Shown here: positions 47,922 through 57,135 of the stretch, one piece after another | How positions within the stretch are numbered: position 1 is the stretch's first letter | How the letters are laid out: each line of letters opens with the position of its first letter | Origin: an uncultured Candidatus Saccharibacteria bacterium | Lineage (GTDB): Bacteria > Patescibacteriota > Doudnabacteria > UBA920 | Length of the DNA stretch: 64,000 nucleotides | Reading direction: 5' to 3' | NCBI GenBank assembly: GCA_964561085.1 | Contig: CAZLNP010000001.1 | Coordinates: forward strand, 147,201-211,200 | Translations under genes and position numbers: made by a program | The notes under the pieces: model-generated | Seen by the model: only the letters and a program-made list of their open reading frames with translations | Databases searched by the model: none | What the model was told of the DNA's origin: nothing

Positions 47922-49016
47922 TTATTTCTCTGCTTCTTGAGCACTTGGGCTCAAAGTCACATGTTGTCCTACCATCTCTAATGGATGAGTGGTTGTAATA
48001 AAGGTTTGGAATTTACCTTGTAAGTACTTCAACAAGAATGTGCGGCGAGTATCATCAAGTTCAGAGAGCACATCATCTAGGAGTAAAATTGGGGTGTCTT
48101 CACCTTTAGACAAGTATTCAAGTTCTAGAATCTTAAGAGCTAATACCTGGCTACGTTGTTCGCCTCGGGAAGAGAATGAGACTAGGTATAAACCTTCGCT
48201 CTTTAGGTCAAAATCGTCTCTGTGTGGCCCTATTAACGAAGTTCCGGCCTGAGACTCACGTTTAGCCAAACGTTCTAATGCAGAGGAGAATTCGGCCTGA
48301 ATTTCTTCTAGTGTGTCTCCTAGGATAGTTTCGTAAATAACTTCAATAGTTCTTTGGAATTGAGAAATTCCAGCATACACTTCAGAAATGTTTTGATTCA
48401 AAAAATTAATAAATGTTTTGCGTTCCAAAATAATTTGAGAGCCAATTTCTACCAACTGTTCGTTCCAAGATTGTAATGTACCGAAAGCATCTTGTCCGGC
48501 ACGGCCAGCGCGGATATCTTGTAGTAAGCGATTCTTCTGAGTTAGAACTTTTTTGTACCGTGTGATGTTATCTAGGTATTCAAAACTTTTTTGAGAAAGC
48601 ACCATGTTTAAATATTTACGACGTGCTTCTGGTTGTTGTGTGAACAAATCTACATCGGTAGGCTCAAAGATTACAACATTTAAATACCCTTGTGCTTCTT
48701 TGCGCTTTTTCTTAACACCATCAATTTTAAAGTTCGCAAAAATTCTATCACGCTTTTCTAAAAATACTTCAATCAAATGTTCTTGACCGTTTCGTTCTAA
48801 ATTAATTTTTACTTCAGCTTGATTAGTTCCTTGCAAGAACATAAACTCTGCGTCATCTCGAAAAGATTTAAACAGCGAACCGAAGTACACCGATTCTAGT
48901 AAGTTTGTTTTTCCAACCGCATTCGGGCCGGATAGAACAACCATATCACTAGTAATCGCCAAGTCTAACCCTGGGTAGTTTCGGAAGTTCTTAATTTGTA
49001 AGTTAGTTATTTTCAT
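47922..49016 (-). CDS. recF: DNA replication and repair protein RecF (364 aa).
   Basis: Walker A 'GPNAVGKTNLLESV', SMC-like signature and D-loop 'LLLDDVLSELD'. Confidence 0.9.
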   Translation of the reverse strand: MKITNLQIKNFRNYPGLDLAITSDMVVLSGPNAVGKTNLLESVYFGSLFKSFRDDAEFMFLQGTNQAEVKINLERNGQEHLIEVFLEKRDRIFANFKIDGVKKKRKEAQGYLNVVIFEPTDVDLFTQQPEARRKYLNMVLSQKSFEYLDNITRYKKVLTQKNRLLQDIRAGRAGQDAFGTLQSWNEQLVEIGSQIILERKTFINFLNQNISEVYAGISQFQRTIEVIYETILGDTLEEIQAEFSSALERLAKRESQAGTSLIGPHRDDFDLKSEGLYLVSFSSRGEQRSQVLALKILELEYLSKGEDTPILLLDDVLSELDDTRRTFLLKYLQGKFQTFITTTHPLEMVGQHVTLSPSAQEAEK

Positions 49017-49026
49017 TTGAACCTAA

Positions 49027-50121
49027 TTAGAGCCTGATTGGCATTATTAAATAAAGATAGTTTGTTTTTCCTTGCGGCCGGAACACTACAGGTCTAGAAT
49101 CATCAATTATGTGAATATCAATTATTTCTGGACTAGTGTTTGTAAGTAAGTCGAGCATATATCTGTAATTAAGGATCACTGATCCTGCTTCACCAACAAT
49201 CTGACAAGGGATATCAACCACGCTTTCCCCAACCCCTTGTGACGCCGACATAATTTGAATATTCTGCTTTTCTGGGTCAAACCCCAAAGTAACACTTCCA
49301 GCTCCTCTTGAGAAAATCCCACTAGTCTTCAAGGCAGAGAGTAGTGCGCTATGTTGTAGAGTAATCACATTTCCGGTCTCAGTGGGGATAATCTGTGAAT
49401 ATTCCGGATACTGACCATCTATTAGCCTTGTAACCATATATGTATCATTTACGGTTAAAGCCATCTGAGTAGGGCTAATATTCAGCCCTACAGAACCTTC
49501 TACCCCAGCAAGCATGCGGGAAAGCTCTGAAATGCTCCTGTGGGGAACAACTACAGCACGGTCATCTGTTGTTTGAACGGGAATACTCATTTCTCCTAAC
49601 CTGTATCGATCTGTGGCTGTTGCGATCATTTTCGAATTCTCAAACCTCATCGCTATTCCAGATATCTCTGGTTGAGTTTCACTGGTGCTGGCTGCAAAAG
49701 CGACTGAATCTAGAACTTCCTTTAGGTCAGAAGCAGCAATAGCCACCAAACTCCCATCTTCTACAGCAGGAATTAAAGGAAAATCTTCAACCGGCAAGTG
49801 CTTAATCTTTGTTTGATACCTTTCAGTACTTACGGCAGTTTCTGCATCTCCTACTTCGATAGTAATGTTTTCATTTGGAAGATTATTTACCAAATCCAGT
49901 AAAACTTTGGCTGCGATACAAACCCCACCTTCACTCTCAATCTTACAGCGGACCGAAGTACTCATCCCCATCTCCAAATTGGTCGCGGAAATCTTTAGCT
50001 GGCCATTCTCGGTCTGAAGTAAAACATTGTTTAAGATCGGTAATGTCTGACTTGATCCAACAATTCTTGAAACTTGTTGAAGTCCATTTCTTAAATTTTC
50101 TTGTGTACAGATGATTTTCAT
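49027..50121 (-). CDS. dnaN: DNA polymerase III beta sliding clamp (364 aa).
   Basis: N-terminus 'MKIICTQENLRNGLQQVSRIV' and a three-domain clamp-length protein. Position after dnaA. Confidence 0.9.
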   Translation of the reverse strand: MKIICTQENLRNGLQQVSRIVGSSQTLPILNNVLLQTENGQLKISATNLEMGMSTSVRCKIESEGGVCIAAKVLLDLVNNLPNENITIEVGDAETAVSTERYQTKIKHLPVEDFPLIPAVEDGSLVAIAASDLKEVLDSVAFAASTSETQPEISGIAMRFENSKMIATATDRYRLGEMSIPVQTTDDRAVVVPHRSISELSRMLAGVEGSVGLNISPTQMALTVNDTYMVTRLIDGQYPEYSQIIPTETGNVITLQHSALLSALKTSGIFSRGAGSVTLGFDPEKQNIQIMSASQGVGESVVDIPCQIVGEAGSVILNYRYMLDLLTNTSPEIIDIHIIDDSRPVVFRPQGKTNYLYLIMPIRL

Positions 50122-50274
50122 TATTGTATTTATTTATTCTTTAAAGAAAGATAATACATAGTAATAAGGGCTGGGGATTACGGGATAAGTACTAACTTCT
50201 AATCAGTTTCGGTTTTAACTAACATGGTTTAATTTATTTTTGGGTGTTAGTAAGTCATCGTTTCTAGGCAGATA

Positions 50275-50360
50275 AAGTCTGGATAAAATTTTTCTAAAAT
50301 GTTGATAAAGTAGGTTTAGTCATAACGGCTGTGCACAAGTATAAAGTTATCCTGAATTTA
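50275..50360. promoter_or_regulatory. AT-rich dnaA-dnaN spacer with DnaA-box-like 9-mers. Candidate oriC half/DUE.
   Basis: 'TGGATAAAA' at 50280-50288 and 'TTATCCTGA' at 50347-50355 each have 1-2 mismatches to TTATCCACA/TGTGGATAA. The surroundings are strongly AT-rich. Confidence 0.3.
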
Positions 50361-50412
50361 TTCTAAAGTTATACATGAGTTGTGAACATCTTATGAACGG
50401 TTTTTTAGTAAG

Positions 50413-51798
50413 TTAGTTGTATATCTTTTCTAAGATCAATTCCATTTCCTGCTTTATTCCATCGTTTGCGGTTACGGCTTTCTCAACTTTTTCTACACCA
50501 TGCATAACAGTTGTATGATCTCTTCCCCCAAAGAACTCACCAATGGATGGGAATGAGCTCCCAAGCTCTTTACGAGCCAAATACATGGCTGTTTGCCTTG
50601 GTTTTACATACTCTTTACGTCTCGACTGCTTTAGCAGGTCTTCCATGGTAATACTGTAAAAGTTAGCAACAGATTCAGCGATTTTAGATAGAGTCACTGC
50701 TTTCTTCTTAGCACTAACAATACTTGCGAGAATATTCTTGGCTTGATCTAGGGTAAGAGGTTTATTTTCTATTTGCTGATAAATTAACAACTTGTTCAGA
50801 GCGCCTTCTAATTCTCTAATGTTGTTTACAACGTTCTCAGCAATGAATTCTGTTATCTCTTTAGACACCTCCACACCTTTTTTACCGAGTTTAGTCTGAA
50901 GGATGGCAATTCTAGTCTCAAGGTTAGGCGCGCTAATGTCTGCGACCATCCCCCATTCGAACCTCGATACTAAACGTTGTTCAATTGCAGGGATATCTTT
51001 AGGTAAGCGGTCAGCTGTAAGGATGATTTGCTTGCCTTTATCTCTTAGCTCATTGAATGTATGGAAGAACACTTCCTGAGTCTGTTCTTTACCAGCAATG
51101 AACTGAATGTCATCTACCAACAGCATATCCACATTGCGGTAAAGAGCTTTGAAACTATCCATTCTCTTTTGTCCAAGCGCTGCAACGTAGTCATTTGTAA
51201 ACTTTTCACTAGTTACATACAAAATCTTTAGGTTTGGATCTGATTTCTGAATTTGATTACCAACCGCATGCATTAAATGAGTTTTACCTAGTCCAACCCC
51301 ACCATAAATGAATAAAGGGTTGTATTGTGAGCCAGGAGTTTTGGCCACTGCGGTACTAGCGGCATAAGCAAGTTCGCTATTTTGTCCTACAACGAATGTA
51401 TCAAAGGTGTATTGGGGGTTAAGTCCACCTGTTTTAGCCGGGGCAGTGCTTTTTTGGCCAGGATTAAGGTTTTCTTGTTGCTTCTGTTCTTCTTGAGGAG
51501 GAGTGTTTGCTGCAGAGTCCATTAATGAAGGTTGAGTAGCGTTTTCTGCCTTAAAATGGCCCACATAGTACTTAATAACCTTTACTTCTGGGGCAATAGA
51601 CTTTAGAGCCTTAAGCATTGTTGCGTGATATTTGTCGGAGATCCAGTCTCTAGTGAAGTTGCTAGGCACTCCAACTACTATATAATCCTCAGCTTTTTCG
51701 ATAATTCCTGTGTTTTTGAACCAAGTATTAAAATTAGCTTTACTTAAGCTAACTTCTAGATCACCTATGATTGCTTGCCAGAGTTGTTGATTAGTCAT
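50413..51798 (-). CDS. dnaA: Chromosomal replication initiator DnaA (461 aa).
   Basis: AAA+ Walker A 'GGVGLGKTHLMHAVG', sensor motifs, C-terminal DNA-binding domain 'HTTVMHG'. Confidence 0.95.
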   Translation of the reverse strand: MTNQQLWQAIIGDLEVSLSKANFNTWFKNTGIIEKAEDYIVVGVPSNFTRDWISDKYHATMLKALKSIAPEVKVIKYYVGHFKAENATQPSLMDSAANTPPQEEQKQQENLNPGQKSTAPAKTGGLNPQYTFDTFVVGQNSELAYAASTAVAKTPGSQYNPLFIYGGVGLGKTHLMHAVGNQIQKSDPNLKILYVTSEKFTNDYVAALGQKRMDSFKALYRNVDMLLVDDIQFIAGKEQTQEVFFHTFNELRDKGKQIILTADRLPKDIPAIEQRLVSRFEWGMVADISAPNLETRIAILQTKLGKKGVEVSKEITEFIAENVVNNIRELEGALNKLLIYQQIENKPLTLDQAKNILASIVSAKKKAVTLSKIAESVANFYSITMEDLLKQSRRKEYVKPRQTAMYLARKELGSSFPSIGEFFGGRDHTTVMHGVEKVEKAVTANDGIKQEMELILEKIYN

Positions 51799-51859
51799 TA
51801 TTTTCTTTGTTTCTTTGAGTTTTTCGGAAGAAATTTGCCAGATAATTCATTCTAACAGC

Positions 51860-51945
51860 GAAGTTATCAACATGCAAAATTGCCATATTCATGGCTTATA
51901 TAAGCCACTTTCCTTTTTCGCTGTTAACAACGTGTGGATAGATTG
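51860..51945. promoter_or_regulatory. DnaA-box-like motifs upstream of dnaA, in the rpmH-dnaA intergenic region. Candidate oriC half.
   Basis: 'TTATCAACA' at 51864-51872 and 'TGTGGATAG' at 51933-51941 are both one mismatch from consensus. Confidence 0.35.
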
Positions 51946-52025
51946 TGCTTAAGCTGGGAATTTATAAAAAATTAAGGGGTTTTTGAGAAAAATGCGATTT
52001 TTTTGTCAAATAACTGCCATAATCA

Positions 52026-52054
52026 TTGACTTTAGTCGGCCACTTCAGTATAAT
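52026..52054 (+). promoter_or_regulatory. Sigma70-type promoter for rpmH-rnpA-yidD-yidC-jag (TTGACT, 17 nt spacer, TATAAT).
   Basis: Consensus -35 and -10 hexamers with a 17-nt spacer, 34 nt upstream of the rpmH ATG. Confidence 0.55.
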
Positions 52055-52087
52055 TACACAAGAAATAGACTAATTAACGCCCGATTA

Positions 52088-52222
52088 ATGAAACGTACTT
52101 ATCAGCCAAAAGTTAAAAAGCGAAAACGAGTCCATGGATTCATGCAAAGAATGCTAACCCGTACAGGACGCGCAGTACTTGCCCGACGTAGATTGAAAGG
52201 TCGCGCTAAACTAACTGTTTAA
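52088..52222 (+). CDS. rpmH: 50S ribosomal protein L34 (44 aa).
   Basis: '[44 protein letters not shown]'. The track ORF starts earlier (51983), but L34 begins at the MKRTYQP Met. Confidence 0.9.
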   Translation: MKRTYQPKVKKRKRVHGFMQRMLTRTGRAVLARRRLKGRAKLTV

Positions 52223-52235
52223 ACCATCGATTTAT

Positions 52236-52586
52236 ATGCTTTCCCAAAAACACCGCCTCTCGAAGTCAGCTGAAGTTAAAAAGACAACAGCCCGAGGGCG
52301 GGGTTTTTTTAATCCATACTTCGTATTAAAAACATTGCCAGGGACAGAGCCGGCTAAAGTAACTGTGGTCGTATCTGTTAAAGTTTCTAAAAAAGCAGTA
52401 GATCGCAACCGTTTGAAGAGAGTTATTAGAGAAACTATTAGACCAGACATATTGAAGTTTAAGCCAGGTAGCTATGCAATTTTAGTTAAGCCTAGCGCAA
52501 TGAAGATCACCTCAGCAGAATTACGCGAGCAGATCCGCAAAGGGCTAATTGCCAGCAAGACTTTGAAACAAACCCAGAAAATATAG
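52236..52586 (+). CDS. rnpA: Ribonuclease P protein component (116 aa).
   Basis: Basic protein with 'KKAVDRNRLKRVIRETIR' (RNR motif region). Position after rpmH. Confidence 0.85.
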   Translation: MLSQKHRLSKSAEVKKTTARGRGFFNPYFVLKTLPGTEPAKVTVVVSVKVSKKAVDRNRLKRVIRETIRPDILKFKPGSYAILVKPSAMKITSAELREQIRKGLIASKTLKQTQKI

Positions 52587-52590
52587 AGCG

Positions 52591-52830
52591 ATGAAAAAAA
52601 TACTAATTTTCACTATTAAAATATATCAAAAGACTTTGTCCCCCGACCATGGAGTTTTCAGAGCAAGATGGCCATATGGATATTGTCGCTATCAACCGAC
52701 TTGTAGCCAATATGCTATTGATGCATTAAATGCCCATGGAGTAGTAAAGGGCAGCGCAAAAGCCGCATGGCGAATACTGCGATGTAATCCATTCGCCCAG
52801 CCTGGCGCAGATCCCGCCACTAAACTATAA
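52591..52830 (+). CDS. yidD: Membrane protein insertion efficiency factor YidD (79 aa).
   Basis: 'YQKTLSPDHGVFRARWPYGYCRYQPTCSQYAIDAL...RCNPF' is a YidD signature. Confidence 0.88.
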   Translation: MKKILIFTIKIYQKTLSPDHGVFRARWPYGYCRYQPTCSQYAIDALNAHGVVKGSAKAAWRILRCNPFAQPGADPATKL

Positions 52831-52856
52831 TGATACGGAGACCTTAAACAAATACT

Positions 52857-53594
52857 ATGCTTAACTTTTTAATAAACATCTACACACAAGCTATCTACGA
52901 ACCAATTCTTAACTTATTAGTTGGTTTATACAACGTCATCCCTGGCCAAGACATTGGGGTGGTAATTATTCTAATCACAATTGCGATTCGTCTAATTCTT
53001 GCTCCTTTCATGCACAAGTCATTGAAGGGTCAAAAAGAGATGAGCGTGCTTCAGCCAAAAATTGCTCAGCTTCGCGAAAAGTATAAAGACGATAGAGCTG
53101 AACAAACAAAAGCAATTACAGAATTATACAAAGAACACAACATCAACCCGTTCTCATCTTGTTTGCCTTTACTAATTCAACTTCCGATCTTAATTGCGTT
53201 GTATCAGGTTTTCGATAAAGCCCTAAAGGGCAACTTAGATGGCCTCTATTCGTTTGTTACTAATCCAGGGATGTTAAACTCAACATTGTTTGGGTTGGTA
53301 GACCTAGCAACTCCAAATATTGTCTTCGCTATATTAGCTGGACTAGTTCAGTTCTGGCAGTCATGGTTGATTACTAAGAGTCAAAATACTGAAGGCATGG
53401 ACCCAACTATGAAAGCAATGAGTATCCCGACAATGTACATCTTACCTTTGGTATCAGTTTACATCGCTTGGAAGCTACCAGCTGGATTACCACTTTATTG
53501 GATAGTTACTACTCTATTCGCAGTAGGACAACAATACTACTTTAATAGCACGCATGTTCCAAAAGAAATTGTAATTACTGCTAAAGAAGTTTAA
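52857..53594 (+). CDS. yidC: YidC/Oxa1-family membrane protein insertase, short form (245 aa).
   Basis: Five TM helices. Conserved 'PLLIQLPILIALYQVF' and the C-terminal TM bundle. Follows yidD. Confidence 0.85.
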   Translation: MLNFLINIYTQAIYEPILNLLVGLYNVIPGQDIGVVIILITIAIRLILAPFMHKSLKGQKEMSVLQPKIAQLREKYKDDRAEQTKAITELYKEHNINPFSSCLPLLIQLPILIALYQVFDKALKGNLDGLYSFVTNPGMLNSTLFGLVDLATPNIVFAILAGLVQFWQSWLITKSQNTEGMDPTMKAMSIPTMYILPLVSVYIAWKLPAGLPLYWIVTTLFAVGQQYYFNSTHVPKEIVITAKEV

Positions 53595-53608
53595 AGAAAG
53601 GTTTTAAA

Positions 53609-54094
53609 ATGGCAGATCATCAGATAATTGAATATATTCAAAACACTATTCGCGAAGTGTTGCAGCGCGCTGGCATTGAGGCGCAGATTGAGTATGAAGA
53701 CAGTTTAGCTGATGGTTTAGTATTCAATATTCGCAGCCGTGATGCGAAAATGTTAATCGGTCATCAAGGAAATACTTTGTATTCCCTAGAGCATATTATT
53801 CATGCGATGGTGGCAAGGCAACTAAACAGTAAGCGTGACGAGTCTGAAGAAGATAGCCGTGTTTACTTCTCCGTTGATGTTGATGACTACAAAAAGAAGC
53901 GCCAGTACCACATTAAGCAAATGATAAAAACTGAAGTTGATGAGATGAAGCGCAGTGGCAATACAGTTAGTCTTCCAGCAATGCCAAAGTATGAACGCAA
54001 GTTCGTGCACATGTACATTCAAGATCAATTCCCTCAAGTGACTACAGAAAGTTTGGGAGTCGAACCAACTCGATACATTAAAATGTCGATCTAG
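53609..54094 (+). CDS. khpB: Jag/KhpB-like RNA-binding protein with KH and R3H domains (161 aa).
   Basis: KH-like 'LIGHQGNTLYSLEHII'. R3H region 'MPKYERKFVHMYIQ...'. Canonical position after yidC. Confidence 0.8.
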   Translation: MADHQIIEYIQNTIREVLQRAGIEAQIEYEDSLADGLVFNIRSRDAKMLIGHQGNTLYSLEHIIHAMVARQLNSKRDESEEDSRVYFSVDVDDYKKKRQYHIKQMIKTEVDEMKRSGNTVSLPAMPKYERKFVHMYIQDQFPQVTTESLGVEPTRYIKMSI

Positions 54095-54118
54095 AGATAT
54101 ATAAAATACATTTCAAAT

Positions 54119-54152
54119 AAAAAAACACCTCCCAATTGGGAGGTGTTTTTTA
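54119..54152. terminator. Bidirectional terminator (ACACCTCCC-AATT-GGGAGGTGT plus T6) between jag and the PBP gene.
   Basis: Perfect 9-bp stem flanked by A6 and T6. Confidence 0.75.
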
Positions 54153-54165
54153 ATAAGCTATTGTT

Positions 54166-57006
54166 TTAAGGAACAGTGACAGGAACCTTTTCGCTAGTTA
54201 CCCCTGTTTCAGATCTTGCATATACACTATATGAACCTGGGTCAGGTGGGTTATTCCATGTGTAGGAATAAGTGTAGTTGCTACCAGTCTTTGAAATGGA
54301 TCCATCTCCTAACCGTATAACCTTCGCTCCAGATTGAGCGTAGAATGTCACTTTATCGTATTCAGCTGGCCCTTCAGCGCTAAGATCCAACGGGAAGTTA
54401 TCTCCACTTCCTGAGACGGACATCTCTAGCCCGCCGTCTAAAGCGTACTGAACATTTACACTATCTGTTGCTGAGCTGTTGTCGTTGTAGATCACTTTTG
54501 CAGTAATAGTGTGGGAGCCGTCGTTATACTTTTTGTTTAACCTTACTCTATAAGGCGATACATCAGTGCTTTCAACAAATTCTCCATCAACAGAAACTTC
54601 TACACGCGATATATTATCTCCTTCCGCGCTAATCATTACAGTTACTGGCGTATCTGTTATAACGCTGTCATCAGCAGGAGAAATAATTTGAACTTTTTCA
54701 GTTGATTGTTGCTGTTCTCCAGGGTAGCAATATCCATTAGCGCGACCATAAGCAATTACAGGGTTTTCCCAACTTGGGGTATCACGTCTCTCGCTATGAA
54801 GAGTTCTACAGACTCCTGCGGGTAAACCTGAAACTGTTGCGTTAGGATTATTTGGATCTTGCATAGTTGGTGAGACCCAACCATCTGGAGCTGCGATATG
54901 AACATCATCATAGTCCTTCGGCACCGCATAGTCGGCAAATATTTCTGTGCGAGTTTGTGGGGTGTATTGAGTAGGAAGTTTACCTGAAACTGCATCCACA
55001 GCAACTTCTTTAATTCCGGATGGACGTTCAAATTGTTCGATTGGAGTATCAGCCAAAGCGGCTTTCATGAACTGATTCCAAATTGGCCCTGCCATAACCA
55101 CCGCATCTCTCTTCATTGGAGTGTTGTTGTTATTTCCAGTCCATACTCCAGCAGCAAGTGATGGTGTGAAGCCCATTGTCCAGCCGTCACGGAAATCTTG
55201 AGTGGTACCAGTCTTAGCAGCCACGGGACGGTTGCCTAATTGTAATGGTGAGTTAGAACCGAACACATAAGAACGCGCGCTGTTATCGGACATTATGTGA
55301 GTTAAAGAATACACGGCTTGTTCATCAAGTACTTGCTCGCGCTTTTCTTTGTACTCTTCTAAAATATCACCTTCTTGAGAAACAATTTTTAAGATGGCAG
55401 TCTTCTCACTCTTATTACCTTTGTTCGCTAGAGCAGCATAGGCAGCTGTGTGGTCTAACAATGTAATATCGCAACCACCTAATACTAGTGAAAGACCACA
55501 ATCTTTGAATTCAGAATTAATACCTAAGCTACGCGCAGTCTCAATCACTTTTTCAGGACCTACAAGTGCAATGGCTTTTACTGCAGCAATGTTCAAACTA
55601 CCTGCTAATGCTTTGCGCATAGAAACTGGACCATTTGATGCTAGGTTGAAGTTATTTGGAGAGTATCCACCACCGAAGTCAGTTTTAACATCTACTAACA
55701 TGCTTGCTGGAGAGTATTTAAAGTCTTTTCCAAAAGCTGTTACGTATGCGTAAGGTTTAAAACTTGATCCTGGCTGTTGAAGTGTAGTGGCGATATTTAC
55801 GTTTGGAGAGAATAGACAAGTTTTTGGGTTACAGTCTTTCGGGAAGTTTTCGCCAAAATAATCTTTACTTCCAACCATAGCAAGGATTTGCCCGGTTTTA
55901 GGGTCAATCGCTACTAGAGCTGCGTTGTAGCCCCCTGAAGAAGCATTTTTGGCAGCACCATCAGCAACAGCTTTTTCAGCAATTTCTTGTAGCTTAGGAT
56001 CTAGGGTTGTGTAAACTTTCATTCCCCCTTCTTGCAAAGATTGTTCACCAAACTTTTCTGTTAAGTACGCTTCTACATACTGAACAAAGTGAGGAGCAAC
56101 GATTGAGTTTTTAATTGTTTCAAATACAACCTTTTCATTTTTAGCTTCATTGAGTTGATCTTCGGTAATATACTTCAACTCTTTCATTTGCTCTAAGATG
56201 TACTGTTGTCTTGCTTGGAGTGCATCAAAGTTTGGACCGCTTGGGTTGTAATAGGAAGGCGCTTGAGGTAAAGCAGCCAAGTAAGCACTTTCAGCAATAC
56301 TTAAATCAGCGGCGCGCTTGTTAAAGTATGTTTGAGCAGCAGCTTCAATCCCGTATGCGTTACGACCGTAAGGAATTTCGTTCAAGTACATCTTGAAGAT
56401 TTCATCTTTGCTGAAGCGAGCCTCTAGTTCAATTGATAAAATTATTTCCTTGGCTTTACGAATGAAAGATTTGTCGTTCGTTAGCATTGCGTTCTTAACG
56501 AACTGTTGAGTAATAGTAGAACCACCTTGGCGCTTCTCTCTATATATAATGTCGATAACAATCGAACGCGCCAGTCCAGTAATAGAAATCCCAGCATGGT
56601 TATAGAAATTTCTATCTTCCGCTACGATTGTGGCGTTCTTCAGATTTTGGTTGATTTGGTCAAGGTTAACCAGTGTTCGTTTAAATTCCCCATGCACTTC
56701 ATAAAGTAGGGTTTCATCTTTGGCATAGATTTTAGTGCTTTCAGGGACGTTTCTACCCAATAGACGGTTCGGATCCGGCAAAGAACGACTATAATAAATA
56801 AAAAGAAAGGCTATGAACAATACTCCCGCAGCGGCGATGCGGAAGGTCCAAGTGCCAATCCTATTCCAGGGTAGGTCGGCAAGCCAGCCGCGCCAATTTT
56901 TAAAAGAGAACTTCGTTCTAGGGCCACTACTTTTGGTAGCAGTCTTAGAACCTGAATCTGCACTTGCAGATTTTTTTGGTTGATTTTGATAGTTATAAAT
57001 TTTCAT
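54166..57006 (-). CDS. Class A penicillin-binding protein (PBP1A-like; glycosyltransferase + transpeptidase) with a C-terminal extension of about 250 aa (946 aa).
   Basis: N-terminal TM. GT51 motifs ('RNFYNHAGI', 'GGSTITQQFVKN'). Transpeptidase 'SGSSFKP', 'SLN', 'KTGTT'. Extra beta-rich C-terminal region. Confidence 0.9.
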   Translation of the reverse strand: MKIYNYQNQPKKSASADSGSKTATKSSGPRTKFSFKNWRGWLADLPWNRIGTWTFRIAAAGVLFIAFLFIYYSRSLPDPNRLLGRNVPESTKIYAKDETLLYEVHGEFKRTLVNLDQINQNLKNATIVAEDRNFYNHAGISITGLARSIVIDIIYREKRQGGSTITQQFVKNAMLTNDKSFIRKAKEIILSIELEARFSKDEIFKMYLNEIPYGRNAYGIEAAAQTYFNKRAADLSIAESAYLAALPQAPSYYNPSGPNFDALQARQQYILEQMKELKYITEDQLNEAKNEKVVFETIKNSIVAPHFVQYVEAYLTEKFGEQSLQEGGMKVYTTLDPKLQEIAEKAVADGAAKNASSGGYNAALVAIDPKTGQILAMVGSKDYFGENFPKDCNPKTCLFSPNVNIATTLQQPGSSFKPYAYVTAFGKDFKYSPASMLVDVKTDFGGGYSPNNFNLASNGPVSMRKALAGSLNIAAVKAIALVGPEKVIETARSLGINSEFKDCGLSLVLGGCDITLLDHTAAYAALANKGNKSEKTAILKIVSQEGDILEEYKEKREQVLDEQAVYSLTHIMSDNSARSYVFGSNSPLQLGNRPVAAKTGTTQDFRDGWTMGFTPSLAAGVWTGNNNNTPMKRDAVVMAGPIWNQFMKAALADTPIEQFERPSGIKEVAVDAVSGKLPTQYTPQTRTEIFADYAVPKDYDDVHIAAPDGWVSPTMQDPNNPNATVSGLPAGVCRTLHSERRDTPSWENPVIAYGRANGYCYPGEQQQSTEKVQIISPADDSVITDTPVTVMISAEGDNISRVEVSVDGEFVESTDVSPYRVRLNKKYNDGSHTITAKVIYNDNSSATDSVNVQYALDGGLEMSVSGSGDNFPLDLSAEGPAEYDKVTFYAQSGAKVIRLGDGSISKTGSNYTYSYTWNNPPDPGSYSVYARSETGVTSEKVPVTVP

Positions 57007-57044
57007 ATATTTATTATACTGATTTTATAGCATTAATGGAAATA

Positions 57045-57053
57045 TGGTATACT
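57045..57053 (+). promoter_or_regulatory. Extended -10 element (TGGTATACT) upstream of tyrS.
   Basis: TGnTATAcT about 80 nt upstream of the tyrS ATG. No clear -35. Confidence 0.3.
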
Positions 57054-57135
57054 CTTACTATATTTATACGGTCGAAATACACATTAGTAACCTATCAAAA
57101 GTACCTGAAAACTATCTTAAAATAAGTTTAAACGT

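Noticed and set aside
57007-57135. T-box riboswitch leader upstream of tyrS.
   Set aside because: Only about 130 nt of intergenic DNA are available, and no specifier-loop or T-box (AGGGUGGNACCGCG) sequence is present.
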